Source: Methanobacteriota archaeon (lineage in GTDB: Archaea > Thermoplasmatota > Thermoplasmata > SG8-5 > DAIRED01). From it: a stretch of 64,000 nucleotides of DNA. How positions within the stretch are numbered: the stretch's first letter is position 1; each line of letters opens with the position of its first letter. The notes under the pieces were generated by a model. The model was not told where the DNA came from and did not search any database. It was given only the letters and a program-made list of their open reading frames with translations. The position numbers were made by a program, and so were the translations under genes. The DNA is taken from contig JAZDNO010000023.1 in the NCBI GenBank assembly GCA_043799545.1, positions 9,360 to 73,359 of the forward strand, written 5' to 3'. Of this stretch, positions 17,826 to 27,106 are shown piece by piece.

Positions 17826-19217
17826 ATGCAAGCCAAAGGAAATCGAAAGGCACCCGCAATCGTCCTAGCGGGAATGCTGCTGTCGGGCGCGTTCTGCATG
17901 CTGGCATACGCGCAACCGTCAGGGACAAACTCAACACTAGTGGTCACCAATCCTTTTCTTTTGGAAGGCTATGTGTATCATTGGAATGGCACGCTGCTGA
18001 CGGGCGTGAGTTCATCATTATTCATGATGATGATATGCGTGGACGAGGACGAAGACAATCTGTATTGGCCAGAGGATTCAACTGATTATAACCACGTTTA
18101 CAGCGATGAGGGCATGAACGGGCTTCCCCCGATCGACGACAGCTACATCGAGTCGAACGGTTTCTATACGATAACCCTGCCAACAGGTGGTCCAGGCGGA
18201 TATGTAAAAAACTTCAAAATCTGGGTGAACGGGTCGGCATTTCCAGATTATGTATCGCAAGACGGCTACTGCACAACTCCGGGGGTTATCCCCCAACCGG
18301 ATGGCAGATATCTCCCGGCGCAGCAGATATTCACATTCCCAGCAAGCGGAGCCTCGTTTTCTCTAGATATCCAGGTTCCAGTGGGTTGGTTTCATTATCC
18401 CTCCACGGCCACCGGGCCAGTAGGTTCGTCTGCGTCCGCCAATTTGGTAATCACATACGAACCGGATTGCGGATGCTTCGGAGACACTTTACTATATTAT
18501 TCTAATGACAAGAATAGCACTTGGTATTACATCGGAACGGAAGATGATATGGTTAATGAGGACGGTCTGTTCGCGTGGACCGCTCCCGACAGCGGCGAAT
18601 ACTGGTGGTACGCTGGAAACGGTTACGGCGCAATAGCAGACGACCCTCCGGGACCTGGAACGCCCGCCGAGGCTGGCCCTTACGTCATAACCCTCCCGCC
18701 GCCATCATTCAATATTCCCGTTATCGCTGGATGGAACCTGGTCTCGACGCCCCTCGTGCCGGGGAACGCGACGATGCCGGACCCGCTTCTTGACTACGAT
18801 GGAGATACACAATGGACGCGAGCCCTATGGTACGACCCTTGGGACTCGGCAGACCACTGGAAGCAGTATAATGTCGCGTGGAACTCATCGATGAACGACC
18901 TGAAGAGCGTCGACAACAAGATGTGCATCTGGCTGTACGTCACGACGGTCGGGAACGGTTACATCAAAGTCACCGGAAGCCAGCCCAGCAGCACGGGAAT
19001 CCCGCTGAAGGCCGGCTGGAACCTAGTGGGCTACCCATCCATCACGCCGAGGACCGCTTCCGACACCTTCTGGGGGACAGGCGCGGACATCGTGGAGGTC
19101 TTCGACCCGGCGCAGCCGTACATGACCAAGGCCGTCGGCCCGACCTACCTGATGACCCCCGGAAAAGGGTACTGGGTCCACGTGAATGCCGACACCGTTT
19201 GGACGGTCGATTGGTGA
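17826..19217 (+). CDS. Secreted surface protein: domain A + domain D + tandem GWN C-terminal modules
   Basis: Signal peptide; C-terminal ~165 aa closely match those of 14185 (DGDTQWTRA.WYDPWD.ADHWKQYN, SDTFWGTGADIVEVFDP). Confidence 0.85.
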   Translation: MQAKGNRKAPAIVLAGMLLSGAFCMLAYAQPSGTNSTLVVTNPFLLEGYVYHWNGTLLTGVSSSLFMMMICVDEDEDNLYWPEDSTDYNHVYSDEGMNGLPPIDDSYIESNGFYTITLPTGGPGGYVKNFKIWVNGSAFPDYVSQDGYCTTPGVIPQPDGRYLPAQQIFTFPASGASFSLDIQVPVGWFHYPSTATGPVGSSASANLVITYEPDCGCFGDTLLYYSNDKNSTWYYIGTEDDMVNEDGLFAWTAPDSGEYWWYAGNGYGAIADDPPGPGTPAEAGPYVITLPPPSFNIPVIAGWNLVSTPLVPGNATMPDPLLDYDGDTQWTRALWYDPWDSADHWKQYNVAWNSSMNDLKSVDNKMCIWLYVTTVGNGYIKVTGSQPSSTGIPLKAGWNLVGYPSITPRTASDTFWGTGADIVEVFDPAQPYMTKAVGPTYLMTPGKGYWVHVNADTVWTVDW

Positions 19218-19265
19218 CGGCGCAACCTTTTCCTACCGCAACGCCATTCCCCTCGCGGTCTTCCC

Positions 19266-20129
19266 ATGAAAGTCATCGCAGGAACCTCATCGCAAAAGCT
19301 CGCATCCAGCCTCTCCACGGAACTCAAGGCCCCCGTGGCCAACGCGGAGATAAAGCGCTTCCCCGACGACGAGTGCTACGTGCGCATCCTCGACGACATG
19401 AGGGGCAAGGTCGTCGTTGTCGTTCAAAACACGTACCCGGATAACAACCTCGCCGAGCACCTGATTCTGCAGGACGCCGCGAGGCACTCGGGCGCTAAGA
19501 GCGTGATATCCGTGATACCTTACTTCGGCTACGCCCGGCAGGACAAGCTCTTCCGGTCGGGGGAGGCGGTAAGCGCGCGCCTGATGGCCCGCGTGGTCGA
19601 GGGGAACGCTGACGCCACCATTTTAATAGACATACATAATATAACAACGTTAGAAGAATACCGCAAGCCCGTCGCAAACGCTTCGGCGATACCGTCCCTC
19701 GCCCGATTTTTGGCATCGAAGGAGAGCATAGACGCGGTCCTCTCGCCGGACAAGGGCTCGCTCGCGAGGGCGGGCGAGGCCGCGAGGCTGATGAACTGCA
19801 AGTTCGACCACCTTGAAAAGACGCGCATCGACGGCGCGACAGTCGTCGTAAAGCCGAAGGAGCTTGACGTCGCAGGGAAATCCGTCGCAATCGTGGACGA
19901 CATCATCGCGACGGGAGGGACCATCGCCGCGGCCACGGCGCAGCTGAGACAGTGCGGGGCGAAACGGATTGTCACGGCATGCACGCACGGACTTTTCACG
20001 GGCGGAGGCCTGCAGAGGCTGCAGGGCGTTTGCGATGCGGTGTACTCTTCGGATACGCTAGAAAACGAGTCGACGGCATATTCTCCCGCGCACGAAGTGG
20101 CGAGGGCTATCAAATCTATATCTATATAA
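19266..20129 (+). CDS. prs: Ribose-phosphate pyrophosphokinase
   Basis: RFPDDECYVRI, IPYFGYARQDK, SPDKG and PRPP-binding VAIVDDIIATGGT. Confidence 0.97.
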   Translation: MKVIAGTSSQKLASSLSTELKAPVANAEIKRFPDDECYVRILDDMRGKVVVVVQNTYPDNNLAEHLILQDAARHSGAKSVISVIPYFGYARQDKLFRSGEAVSARLMARVVEGNADATILIDIHNITTLEEYRKPVANASAIPSLARFLASKESIDAVLSPDKGSLARAGEAARLMNCKFDHLEKTRIDGATVVVKPKELDVAGKSVAIVDDIIATGGTIAAATAQLRQCGAKRIVTACTHGLFTGGGLQRLQGVCDAVYSSDTLENESTAYSPAHEVARAIKSISI

Positions 20130-20224
20130 AACGCCCCCCCTGCCGTTCGAGGGATGTACCAAATCCTATTTAAGTAGTCTCGGGCTTTTCATGAACAATG
20201 TGTGCAAGGGCTCTACCTAAATCG

Positions 20225-20295
20225 TTATATAGGCGCGTGGGATTACACGGCCGGGGGCTAATAGAGCCGTTTGTACCGATAGTTGGATAGGAGGA
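20225..20295 (+). promoter_or_regulatory. TATA box (TTATATA 20225-20231) and SD (AGGAGGA 20289-20295) of the 20302 gene
   Basis: Consensus archaeal motifs at plausible spacing upstream of ATG 20302. Confidence 0.6.
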
Positions 20296-20301
20296 AAAAG
20301 A

Positions 20302-23300
20302 ATGAATACTAGGACAATAAAGGGAGCAAGCCTGATTGTGGTGGTCGCTATGGTGGCCATGGTTTTCGCTGGAGTGCAGATTCAGGCGGCGCCCGCCGGA
20401 GCCTACACGAGGTACGGCGACGGCGGTGCCAACGTCGCACCTGCTAGCACAACCATCTCGGCTTGGATAGATGGAGTTGAGTACGGGTTGAACACATCGT
20501 CCGTAACCGGAACCTACACGATTGAAACCGCTGGTGACGATATATTCGACACGACAATGAAAATCGGCGGCCTGAACGGGGAGACAGTCCGTTACGTGCT
20601 TGGAACCGAAAGGCTGATGACCGGCCAGTTGAGCCGGTTTGCGACCCAGAACGCGGCATTTACCGCCTGGGGCATCACCCTCGGCGCCCTCACTGAGGCA
20701 GCGGCCGGAAGCCAGGCGAGGCTGTTGAAGATAAACAACGTGTCTTCGCAGTCCACGTTGGAATCCGCAGCCGGAGTACCAAACGATTACATAGTCATCT
20801 GGAACCCCGCAGGGGCGACAATCGACATCACGACATACTCAATCGCCGTCGGAGCCGCAGCTGCGCAGCCGATAATCGCCGGCGACATCTGGACGTACAG
20901 GATGTACGCCTGGACGACCAACCCGGTCCCCGTGAGCGGCTTCATCGCCATCAACATGGCGAAGTGGGGCGGGCTCGCCACAGCCGGCAACTCGATAAAG
21001 CTCATCCACACGGCGACTGGATTCATCGTCGACCGCGTCGAATACGGCAACATCGCAGACCCCCAGAACACGATAATGACGAACGCGACTGCACCCGGTT
21101 CGGCCCAGCAGATCCGCAGGACCGCCGCCGGCGCAGACACGAACTCGTGCAGCGTAGACTTCTCCGCACCGGTGGCCCAGTGGCTGCCACAGGATTTGAT
21201 TGCACCGACGGTCAATGCGGGCTCTGACGAGACGAGGAACGCCTTGTTCTCAACGACGGCCGGCAGGGTAACACCTGCGAGCATTACCGACACTGGCGGT
21301 TCAGGAGTATCCGCCGTCGTCTCCTGGACTTCCGTCCCGGCGGGAGTCGTATTCGGAACCCCTGCTTCGCTGACGACTACGATAAGCGCACCTGCTGGCA
21401 ACGGAGTAACATACACGATAAGGCTGACTGGATATGACAATGCTGGCAACAGCGCGTGGGACGAATTCACGCTGCTCTGGGACACGGTCGGTCCGACAGT
21501 GAACGCGGGCTCCGACGAGACGAGGAACGCCGTGTTCTCATCGACGGCCGGCAGGGTAACACCTGCGAGCGCGTCTGCGACGGGAGCCGCAATCACGACC
21601 TACGCCTGGACATCTGCCCCGGCTGGCGTGATATTCGGAACCCCGGCAGCGTTGACGACGACAATCTCCGCCCCGGCGGGCGAAGTGACGTACACGGTCA
21701 GGCTGACGGTCACGGACGCAGCCACCAACGCGGTGTTCGACGAATTCACGCTGCTCTGGGACACGGTCGGTCCGACAGTGAACGCGGGCTCTGACGAGAC
21801 AAAGGACGCGATATTCACCACGACCGTGCCTGCGGACAGGACGGTCATCTCAAGCGCATCGGCAACTGGCGCTCCAATCTCGACCTACGCCTGGACAGCA
21901 GCCCCGGCGGGAGTCGTATTCGGAACCCCGGCAGCGCTGACGACAACGATAACCGCAGCAGTCGGCGTTTACACGGTCACACTGACGGTCACTGACGCTG
22001 CAGGCAACGTTGTCGCGGACTCGTTCCAGCTTACATGGAACCCGCCTGCGACCGCATGGGCGACCGCGACCGGACCGACCGGAACCGGAGCAGTCGGAAT
22101 CACAATAACGTACACGTACTCAGTGGCCCCGGCACCGACCTCGGTCGACCTCTACTACACCCTGGATACGGTTTCGCCATGGACATGGGTCTGGGCGGTC
22201 AACGACGCGCCAGTCGACGGCAGCATAGCTTATGTACTCCCGGGCAACGGGGTCTACAGCTTCTACGCGTCCGCAGTCGGCGGCGGCTCAGTCGAGCCGA
22301 ACCCGCCGGCGCCAACGGATGCGCCGGAAATCGGAACGTACACTGTTGGCAGCTCCAAGCTATTCGGGCCATCAGCACCGTTGAACGTCAGGATATGGCT
22401 TGTGGGCTCGCAAGCATTGGCGACGGCCGTCAACATCTCGTGGAACGCCGTGGCCGGCGCGACAGGGTACAACATCTACCGCGGAACCACGCCCTACTCG
22501 ATAGACTTCGGAACGCCGCTCAACGGCGGAGTGCCGATAGTGGCGCTCCAATACGTTGACGCCGGAGCCATCGCAGGCTCGGCACAGTACTACTACTCGG
22601 TCAGGGCAATCGCCGGAGGCGTCGAGAGTGCAAGCAGCGCAACCGTAGGCAAGTACACGATGCCCCTTCAGATCAACTACAACGTCTTCGGCATACCGCT
22701 GGAACTATTCCCGGAGAGGACTGACTACCTGGGGCACCTCATGTGCGACTGGAGGCTAATCAGGGCGACGAGCGTGGACAGGGTACCGAACGCGACGACC
22801 ATCTTCACCTTCACCTACGCGACGCAGTCCTGGAAGTCCAGGTCTTCCACCACACCTGACGCAATCGCTCACGTGGCAATCAACCCGCAGGAGGACGGCA
22901 TTGAGATATTCATGCAAGTGGCCGACAGCTACACGTGGCTGGGAACCCCCGCAGAACAGGTACGCAAGGCCAACTTCACTGGCGTGACCCCGCTGGCGGC
23001 ACCCGCGAACTTCAAGGTACGCTGGGCCGGAGTATTGGGCGGCAGCAACAACGACGTGAGGCTGACATGGGATGCGGTACCCGGCGCGGACCACTACCAC
23101 GTCTACACATCGACGACAAGGTCACTGGCCAACTTCAACTTCGTGGCAGCCCCCGCATATTCCGGAGTCGCATTGACCTGGGACGACGCGGGAGCCAACA
23201 CGACTGTCGGAGCAAAGTACTACATCGTCGTCGCGGTTGACGGCGATGGGGACCTGGGAGACTCCGCATACGCGGTCGGCAAATACACGCGCAGCCTCCT

Positions 23301-23580
23301 GAAGAACTACAACGTCTTCACGACGCCCTTCGAAGTCTTCAGGGGCAGGGCAGACTACTTGGGACACCAGCTCTGCGACTGGAGGCTCGTCAGGGCCACG
23401 AGCCAGGACAGGATACCGCTCTCCACGACCATCTTCACCTTCACGTACGCAACGCAGTCGTGGAAGTCCAGGTCGTCCACAACACCGGATGCCATCGCTC
23501 ACGTCCAAATACCGACAATGGGCTCGGGAGTCGAAGTATTCTTGAGCGACCCCAGCACATACACGTGGCTGAGCACCTAA
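20302..23580 (+). CDS. Large secreted surface (S-layer candidate) protein: lamin-tail-like domain, three PKD-like repeats, domain D, two FN3-like/GWN-like units
   Basis: Signal peptide; LTD-like INNV..NDYIVIWNP..IVDRVEYG; PTVNAGSDE repeats; Ala/Thr/Gly-rich; no C-terminal TM. Confidence 0.85.
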   Translation: MNTRTIKGASLIVVVAMVAMVFAGVQIQAAPAGAYTRYGDGGANVAPASTTISAWIDGVEYGLNTSSVTGTYTIETAGDDIFDTTMKIGGLNGETVRYVLGTERLMTGQLSRFATQNAAFTAWGITLGALTEAAAGSQARLLKINNVSSQSTLESAAGVPNDYIVIWNPAGATIDITTYSIAVGAAAAQPIIAGDIWTYRMYAWTTNPVPVSGFIAINMAKWGGLATAGNSIKLIHTATGFIVDRVEYGNIADPQNTIMTNATAPGSAQQIRRTAAGADTNSCSVDFSAPVAQWLPQDLIAPTVNAGSDETRNALFSTTAGRVTPASITDTGGSGVSAVVSWTSVPAGVVFGTPASLTTTISAPAGNGVTYTIRLTGYDNAGNSAWDEFTLLWDTVGPTVNAGSDETRNAVFSSTAGRVTPASASATGAAITTYAWTSAPAGVIFGTPAALTTTISAPAGEVTYTVRLTVTDAATNAVFDEFTLLWDTVGPTVNAGSDETKDAIFTTTVPADRTVISSASATGAPISTYAWTAAPAGVVFGTPAALTTTITAAVGVYTVTLTVTDAAGNVVADSFQLTWNPPATAWATATGPTGTGAVGITITYTYSVAPAPTSVDLYYTLDTVSPWTWVWAVNDAPVDGSIAYVLPGNGVYSFYASAVGGGSVEPNPPAPTDAPEIGTYTVGSSKLFGPSAPLNVRIWLVGSQALATAVNISWNAVAGATGYNIYRGTTPYSIDFGTPLNGGVPIVALQYVDAGAIAGSAQYYYSVRAIAGGVESASSATVGKYTMPLQINYNVFGIPLELFPERTDYLGHLMCDWRLIRATSVDRVPNATTIFTFTYATQSWKSRSSTTPDAIAHVAINPQEDGIEIFMQVADSYTWLGTPAEQVRKANFTGVTPLAAPANFKVRWAGVLGGSNNDVRLTWDAVPGADHYHVYTSTTRSLANFNFVAAPAYSGVALTWDDAGANTTVGAKYYIVVAVDGDGDLGDSAYAVGKYTRSLLKNYNVFTTPFEVFRGRADYLGHQLCDWRLVRATSQDRIPLSTTIFTFTYATQSWKSRSSTTPDAIAHVQIPTMGSGVEVFLSDPSTYTWLST
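21205..22040 (+). repeat. Three tandem ~279-bp PKD-like coding repeats
   Basis: PTVNAGSDET units; 53-bp exact identity at 21460-21512 and 21739-21791. Confidence 0.9.
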
Positions 23581-23589
23581 GCGTAAAAG

Positions 23590-23613
23590 GGGTGGGCCCG
23601 AACGGGCCCACCC
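23590..23613 (+). terminator. Perfect 10-bp stem-loop after 20302 (terminator or mRNA 3' stabiliser)
   Basis: GGGTGGGCCC-GAAC-GGGCCCACCC, 9 nt after the stop codon. Confidence 0.65.
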
Positions 23614-23616
23614 TCC

Positions 23617-23630
23617 TTATATATTTAAAG
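23617..23630 (+). promoter_or_regulatory. TATA-like element for the 23711 gene
   Basis: TTATATATTTAAAG directly after the hairpin; purine-rich SD-like sequence before ATG 23711. Confidence 0.5.
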
Positions 23631-23710
23631 TCCTAGGAATAAAGGCATATGGACATGACAAAATATCTAGAAGGGAGGCAATAGGAGAAAATAAGATAGG
23701 AGATGAAAAA

Positions 23711-26700
23711 ATGAAAACAAGAGTAAAGGTATTGGCAACTGTAATGGCGTTAGGGATGTTGCTGAGTGTTTTTGGAGCACTCTCCGCTCGCGCAACGTGG
23801 CCGACCCCGTATGGTTTTGAGGGTATGGTATACCTCACAGACGGCTCGACACTCCTTGACGGGGAAACAGTAGCGAGCTTCGACATAATAATCTGCGTGG
23901 ACCAGGATTCGGACTTAACTGTTTGGAACCCGGGCACTGGATTGCCAGCAGACGAGGCAGTGAACTGTTTCAGTGACGCAGGAATGAATGGCTATGTTCC
24001 GTGGATAGACGACTCGAACATGCCTGGGGCGGCGTATTACGCCACCACATTCCAGGTTGGACAGCCTGGGAGCGTCGGCGACACGTTCCGCGTGTGGGTC
24101 AACGGCTCGAAGTTCGGGTCCGTCGTCTCGCAGGACGGATACGTCGGAGCCCTCGGGGCGACGCCTCAGGGAGACGGAACATACGCAGCGATAGACTCGA
24201 CGTTCACATTCGGAGCTGGCGCGAGCATGTGGTTCGACTTCCAGATTCCGGGACCAGGGTTTGCACCAGACCCGACAGCGACTGTATCGAGCCTGGCCCC
24301 AGTGTCACCATCGGCTGACAACACGCCCGCCGTAACCTACACCCACGCAAACAACCCGGCATCCGTGACCGTTTACGCATGGGACACCGCAGGACCGGGT
24401 CCATGGGTCGCAGTAGGGACCGATGGGACAGTAACTGGACCGCCGGACACGTTCGATACGAACGTAATGGCCGCCGGAACCTATCTGTTCACGGCCATAC
24501 CGACTGGCGGAAACCCGACTGACCCGGTTCCAACGGTTGTTGGAGACTCCGAATTCGGACCGTACACCATCTTACCCGCGGGCGACGTAGTCCCGCCGGA
24601 CACAACAATCGTCAGCGTACTGCCGGCCTTCGTCGGTCAGTGCCCCAACACGGTTACAATCACCGTGTTCGGTGACGACACGGGAACGGGCGGTTCAAAC
24701 ATCCTGTCCGCACAGTACCGCATCGACAGGAACGACGACGGCGACTTCAACGACGCATTGCCTGCATGGTACGGTCTGGACGAGGCCTGGCACGCTGTGG
24801 ACGACACAGCCACGGCAGCAGGGCCGACAAGGACATTCACCGAGGCCATAGACCTCCACAACTGCACGATAACCGCCGGAACGTTCAACATCGAAGCCCG
24901 CGCGGCTGACGTTGCAGGTTACGACGCAACACCGGCATCGACGAACTTTGCCATCGCTGACTCAACATCGCCGGTCAATGCAAGGATCGCACCGACCCCG
25001 ACCGACGGCAACATTAGAGCACCTGGCGACACCGTAATAAGGATAACGGCCACAGACTTCAGGATGACAACAGCGCTGATAACTGTGACAGCACCCACCG
25101 CTTCGGTTGTCAATGCCCCAATGACACAGATAAACTGGGCAAAGGGCTCGAACATCGTCACCTTCGAATACACGATAACTGAGAACACCGATGGCGCAGT
25201 AACATGGTCCGTAGACACAGACGACGGCCCCAACCCAGCCACGACGACCGCCGGTTTCTACACAGTCCAGAGCGGAATGCTCGGACCGAACGCGCCCTAC
25301 AGCATCGCTGGCAGGGTCTTCCAGTACAACGGTGCGGCAGGCCTCTACAACCCATTGATACAGGACAACGCCAATGTCATAGTGCAGACTGTGAACTTTA
25401 CTGGCGATCTGAAAACGTACGGCCCGCAGAACACTGACGCGGCAGGCAACTTCTTGTTCACCGTGCAGCCGGTCGACCAGCTCGTTTGGGGCAACCCGAT
25501 ATTCGTGCAGGCGACCAACGCTGGCGGAATTGCATGGATGGGCTGGAACCAGTCGACAATCGTGCTGAACAGCGCGAGCTCGTTCTGCAACGTCACATAC
25601 GGCGTCCCATACAACCTGACGGTCACGGCGGTCGCAGACTGGACGCTCGGTGAAATCATCGGCGTCAACGCAGTCGCGCCCGGCACGGCAGTCCAGGTAA
25701 GGGTTGAAGTCTATGACAACCGCTCGCTCATGGCAACCGGTTACTACGGCAACCTGAGAATCGACACTAACGACACGAACGCTGCGGTCCTAGTCTGGGG
25801 CGGCGCTGACCCGAACAACATAGCGTTGGACGGAGTCGGCGGTGGATTCACAGACGGATTCTACGACAACACAGTGCAGCTCTGGACCCCGAGGCCATTC
25901 GGCTGGGGAGTCTGGGTCAACGACACAACCGGCGGCGACAACTCGCTGGTAGACGCGTCGGCGGCATTCCTGCTGCCATACGCGGCAGTCAGCGTCACTG
26001 ACAACACGCACATACGCATAGTCTCCGGCGGAATAATGTGGACCCTGTCGGTAGGATGGAACCTCGTTTCGCTCACCAAAGGCTACACCTTGTCCGCGTT
26101 CAGCGCATTCGAGGCAACCCAGTACATCGAGGACGCCAGGGTCAGGTATGGCCTTGGAGCATCCGCGATTGTAATGGCGAGCCTGACGAACGGTCAGCCA
26201 TCGACAATCAGCTACGACACATACACCTACGGACCCGGTGGATCGGACTTCTTGATCAACAACGACATGGCCTACTGGGTCTACGTCGATGTCGCCATAC
26301 CGATGGTCTACATACCCTGCAACGACATCACACTGCCCAACGACGCGACCGTCGGCATAGTGGCCAACGTCAACACCGTGACACTGCTCGCTGGCTGGAC
26401 GATGGTCAGCACCGGAATGAACGAGGCAAGCAACGTCTTCGGTGTGGGCGTCAACGCTCCGCTGCTGTCTGATATCGATGGCAACCAGGGCAACGGCGCG
26501 GCCGGCTCCAGATTCTGGACCGGTGGCAGCTGGGTTGCGGGCGTACACTATGCGTGGTACGACCAGCCCGGTGGAATCGCAGACTCTAACACGGGAGTCG
26601 ACTACCTCACTGGAGGCGTCGTGCTTTCGTCTGCGGCAGCTTGGAACCCGGCAGCACAGACCTACCACACATGCGTCTACGATGCGTGGTTCGGACTGTG

Positions 26701-26806
26701 GGATTCCGGTCTCGGGTACAACAACTACGTCGACCAGGTGTACTACGCGAGCGGATTCTGGGTGTACTCTGCAGGTGGAGCAATAACGTACAGCGTGATC
26801 GCTTAA
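23711..26806 (+). CDS. Large secreted surface (S-layer candidate) protein: domain A, domain D, several Ig-like domains, tandem GWN-like C-terminal modules
   Basis: Signal peptide; PYGFEGMVYLTDGSTLL..IPGP; VGWNLVSL, AGWTMVST and SGFWVY; no TM anchor. Confidence 0.85.
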   Translation: MKTRVKVLATVMALGMLLSVFGALSARATWPTPYGFEGMVYLTDGSTLLDGETVASFDIIICVDQDSDLTVWNPGTGLPADEAVNCFSDAGMNGYVPWIDDSNMPGAAYYATTFQVGQPGSVGDTFRVWVNGSKFGSVVSQDGYVGALGATPQGDGTYAAIDSTFTFGAGASMWFDFQIPGPGFAPDPTATVSSLAPVSPSADNTPAVTYTHANNPASVTVYAWDTAGPGPWVAVGTDGTVTGPPDTFDTNVMAAGTYLFTAIPTGGNPTDPVPTVVGDSEFGPYTILPAGDVVPPDTTIVSVLPAFVGQCPNTVTITVFGDDTGTGGSNILSAQYRIDRNDDGDFNDALPAWYGLDEAWHAVDDTATAAGPTRTFTEAIDLHNCTITAGTFNIEARAADVAGYDATPASTNFAIADSTSPVNARIAPTPTDGNIRAPGDTVIRITATDFRMTTALITVTAPTASVVNAPMTQINWAKGSNIVTFEYTITENTDGAVTWSVDTDDGPNPATTTAGFYTVQSGMLGPNAPYSIAGRVFQYNGAAGLYNPLIQDNANVIVQTVNFTGDLKTYGPQNTDAAGNFLFTVQPVDQLVWGNPIFVQATNAGGIAWMGWNQSTIVLNSASSFCNVTYGVPYNLTVTAVADWTLGEIIGVNAVAPGTAVQVRVEVYDNRSLMATGYYGNLRIDTNDTNAAVLVWGGADPNNIALDGVGGGFTDGFYDNTVQLWTPRPFGWGVWVNDTTGGDNSLVDASAAFLLPYAAVSVTDNTHIRIVSGGIMWTLSVGWNLVSLTKGYTLSAFSAFEATQYIEDARVRYGLGASAIVMASLTNGQPSTISYDTYTYGPGGSDFLINNDMAYWVYVDVAIPMVYIPCNDITLPNDATVGIVANVNTVTLLAGWTMVSTGMNEASNVFGVGVNAPLLSDIDGNQGNGAAGSRFWTGGSWVAGVHYAWYDQPGGIADSNTGVDYLTGGVVLSSAAAWNPAAQTYHTCVYDAWFGLWDSGLGYNNYVDQVYYASGFWVYSAGGAITYSVIA

Positions 26807-26822
26807 GCAAGAGCGAAACCTG

Positions 26823-26844
26823 ATCCGCGCCGAAAGGCGCGGAT
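26823..26844 (+). terminator. Perfect 9-bp stem with GAAA tetraloop after 23711
   Basis: ATCCGCGCC-GAAA-GGCGCGGAT, followed by a T-rich tract. Confidence 0.65.
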
Positions 26845-27106
26845 AAAACCTTTATACATTTCTTATTTCTTCTGGCATAGTGAAAACGATGCGCAAGCTT
26901 TTTTAAGGGATGAGCATAAAGTTAATATAGAGAAAGTGCAATTCTGAGTTAGACTAGTGGACATTAACATCCGGAACGGTCCGCCAGTGTGTCGTAGGTA
27001 GGGAGTGTCATGGAGTGTCGTGAGAAAGGGGCTGTGAGCCCCGCCTTAGCCAGCATGAGCCTTACAGTTGTTGTACCAGTGACCGTCATCGACGGAGGTG
27101 CGTTAC

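Noticed and set aside
17814-17828. 16038 and 17826 are in frame across TGA-GAG-GGA-ACG-ATG (possible readthrough or selenocysteine)
   Set aside because: 17826 has its own signal peptide and an SD-like GAGGG. No SECIS-like evidence, and in-frame spacing occurs one time in three by chance.
14185-24256. Diversity-generating retroelement (template/variable repeat) explanation for the paralogous segments
   Set aside because: In the pairs I compared, mismatches are mostly third-position and not adenine-specific, and no reverse transcriptase is in the window.
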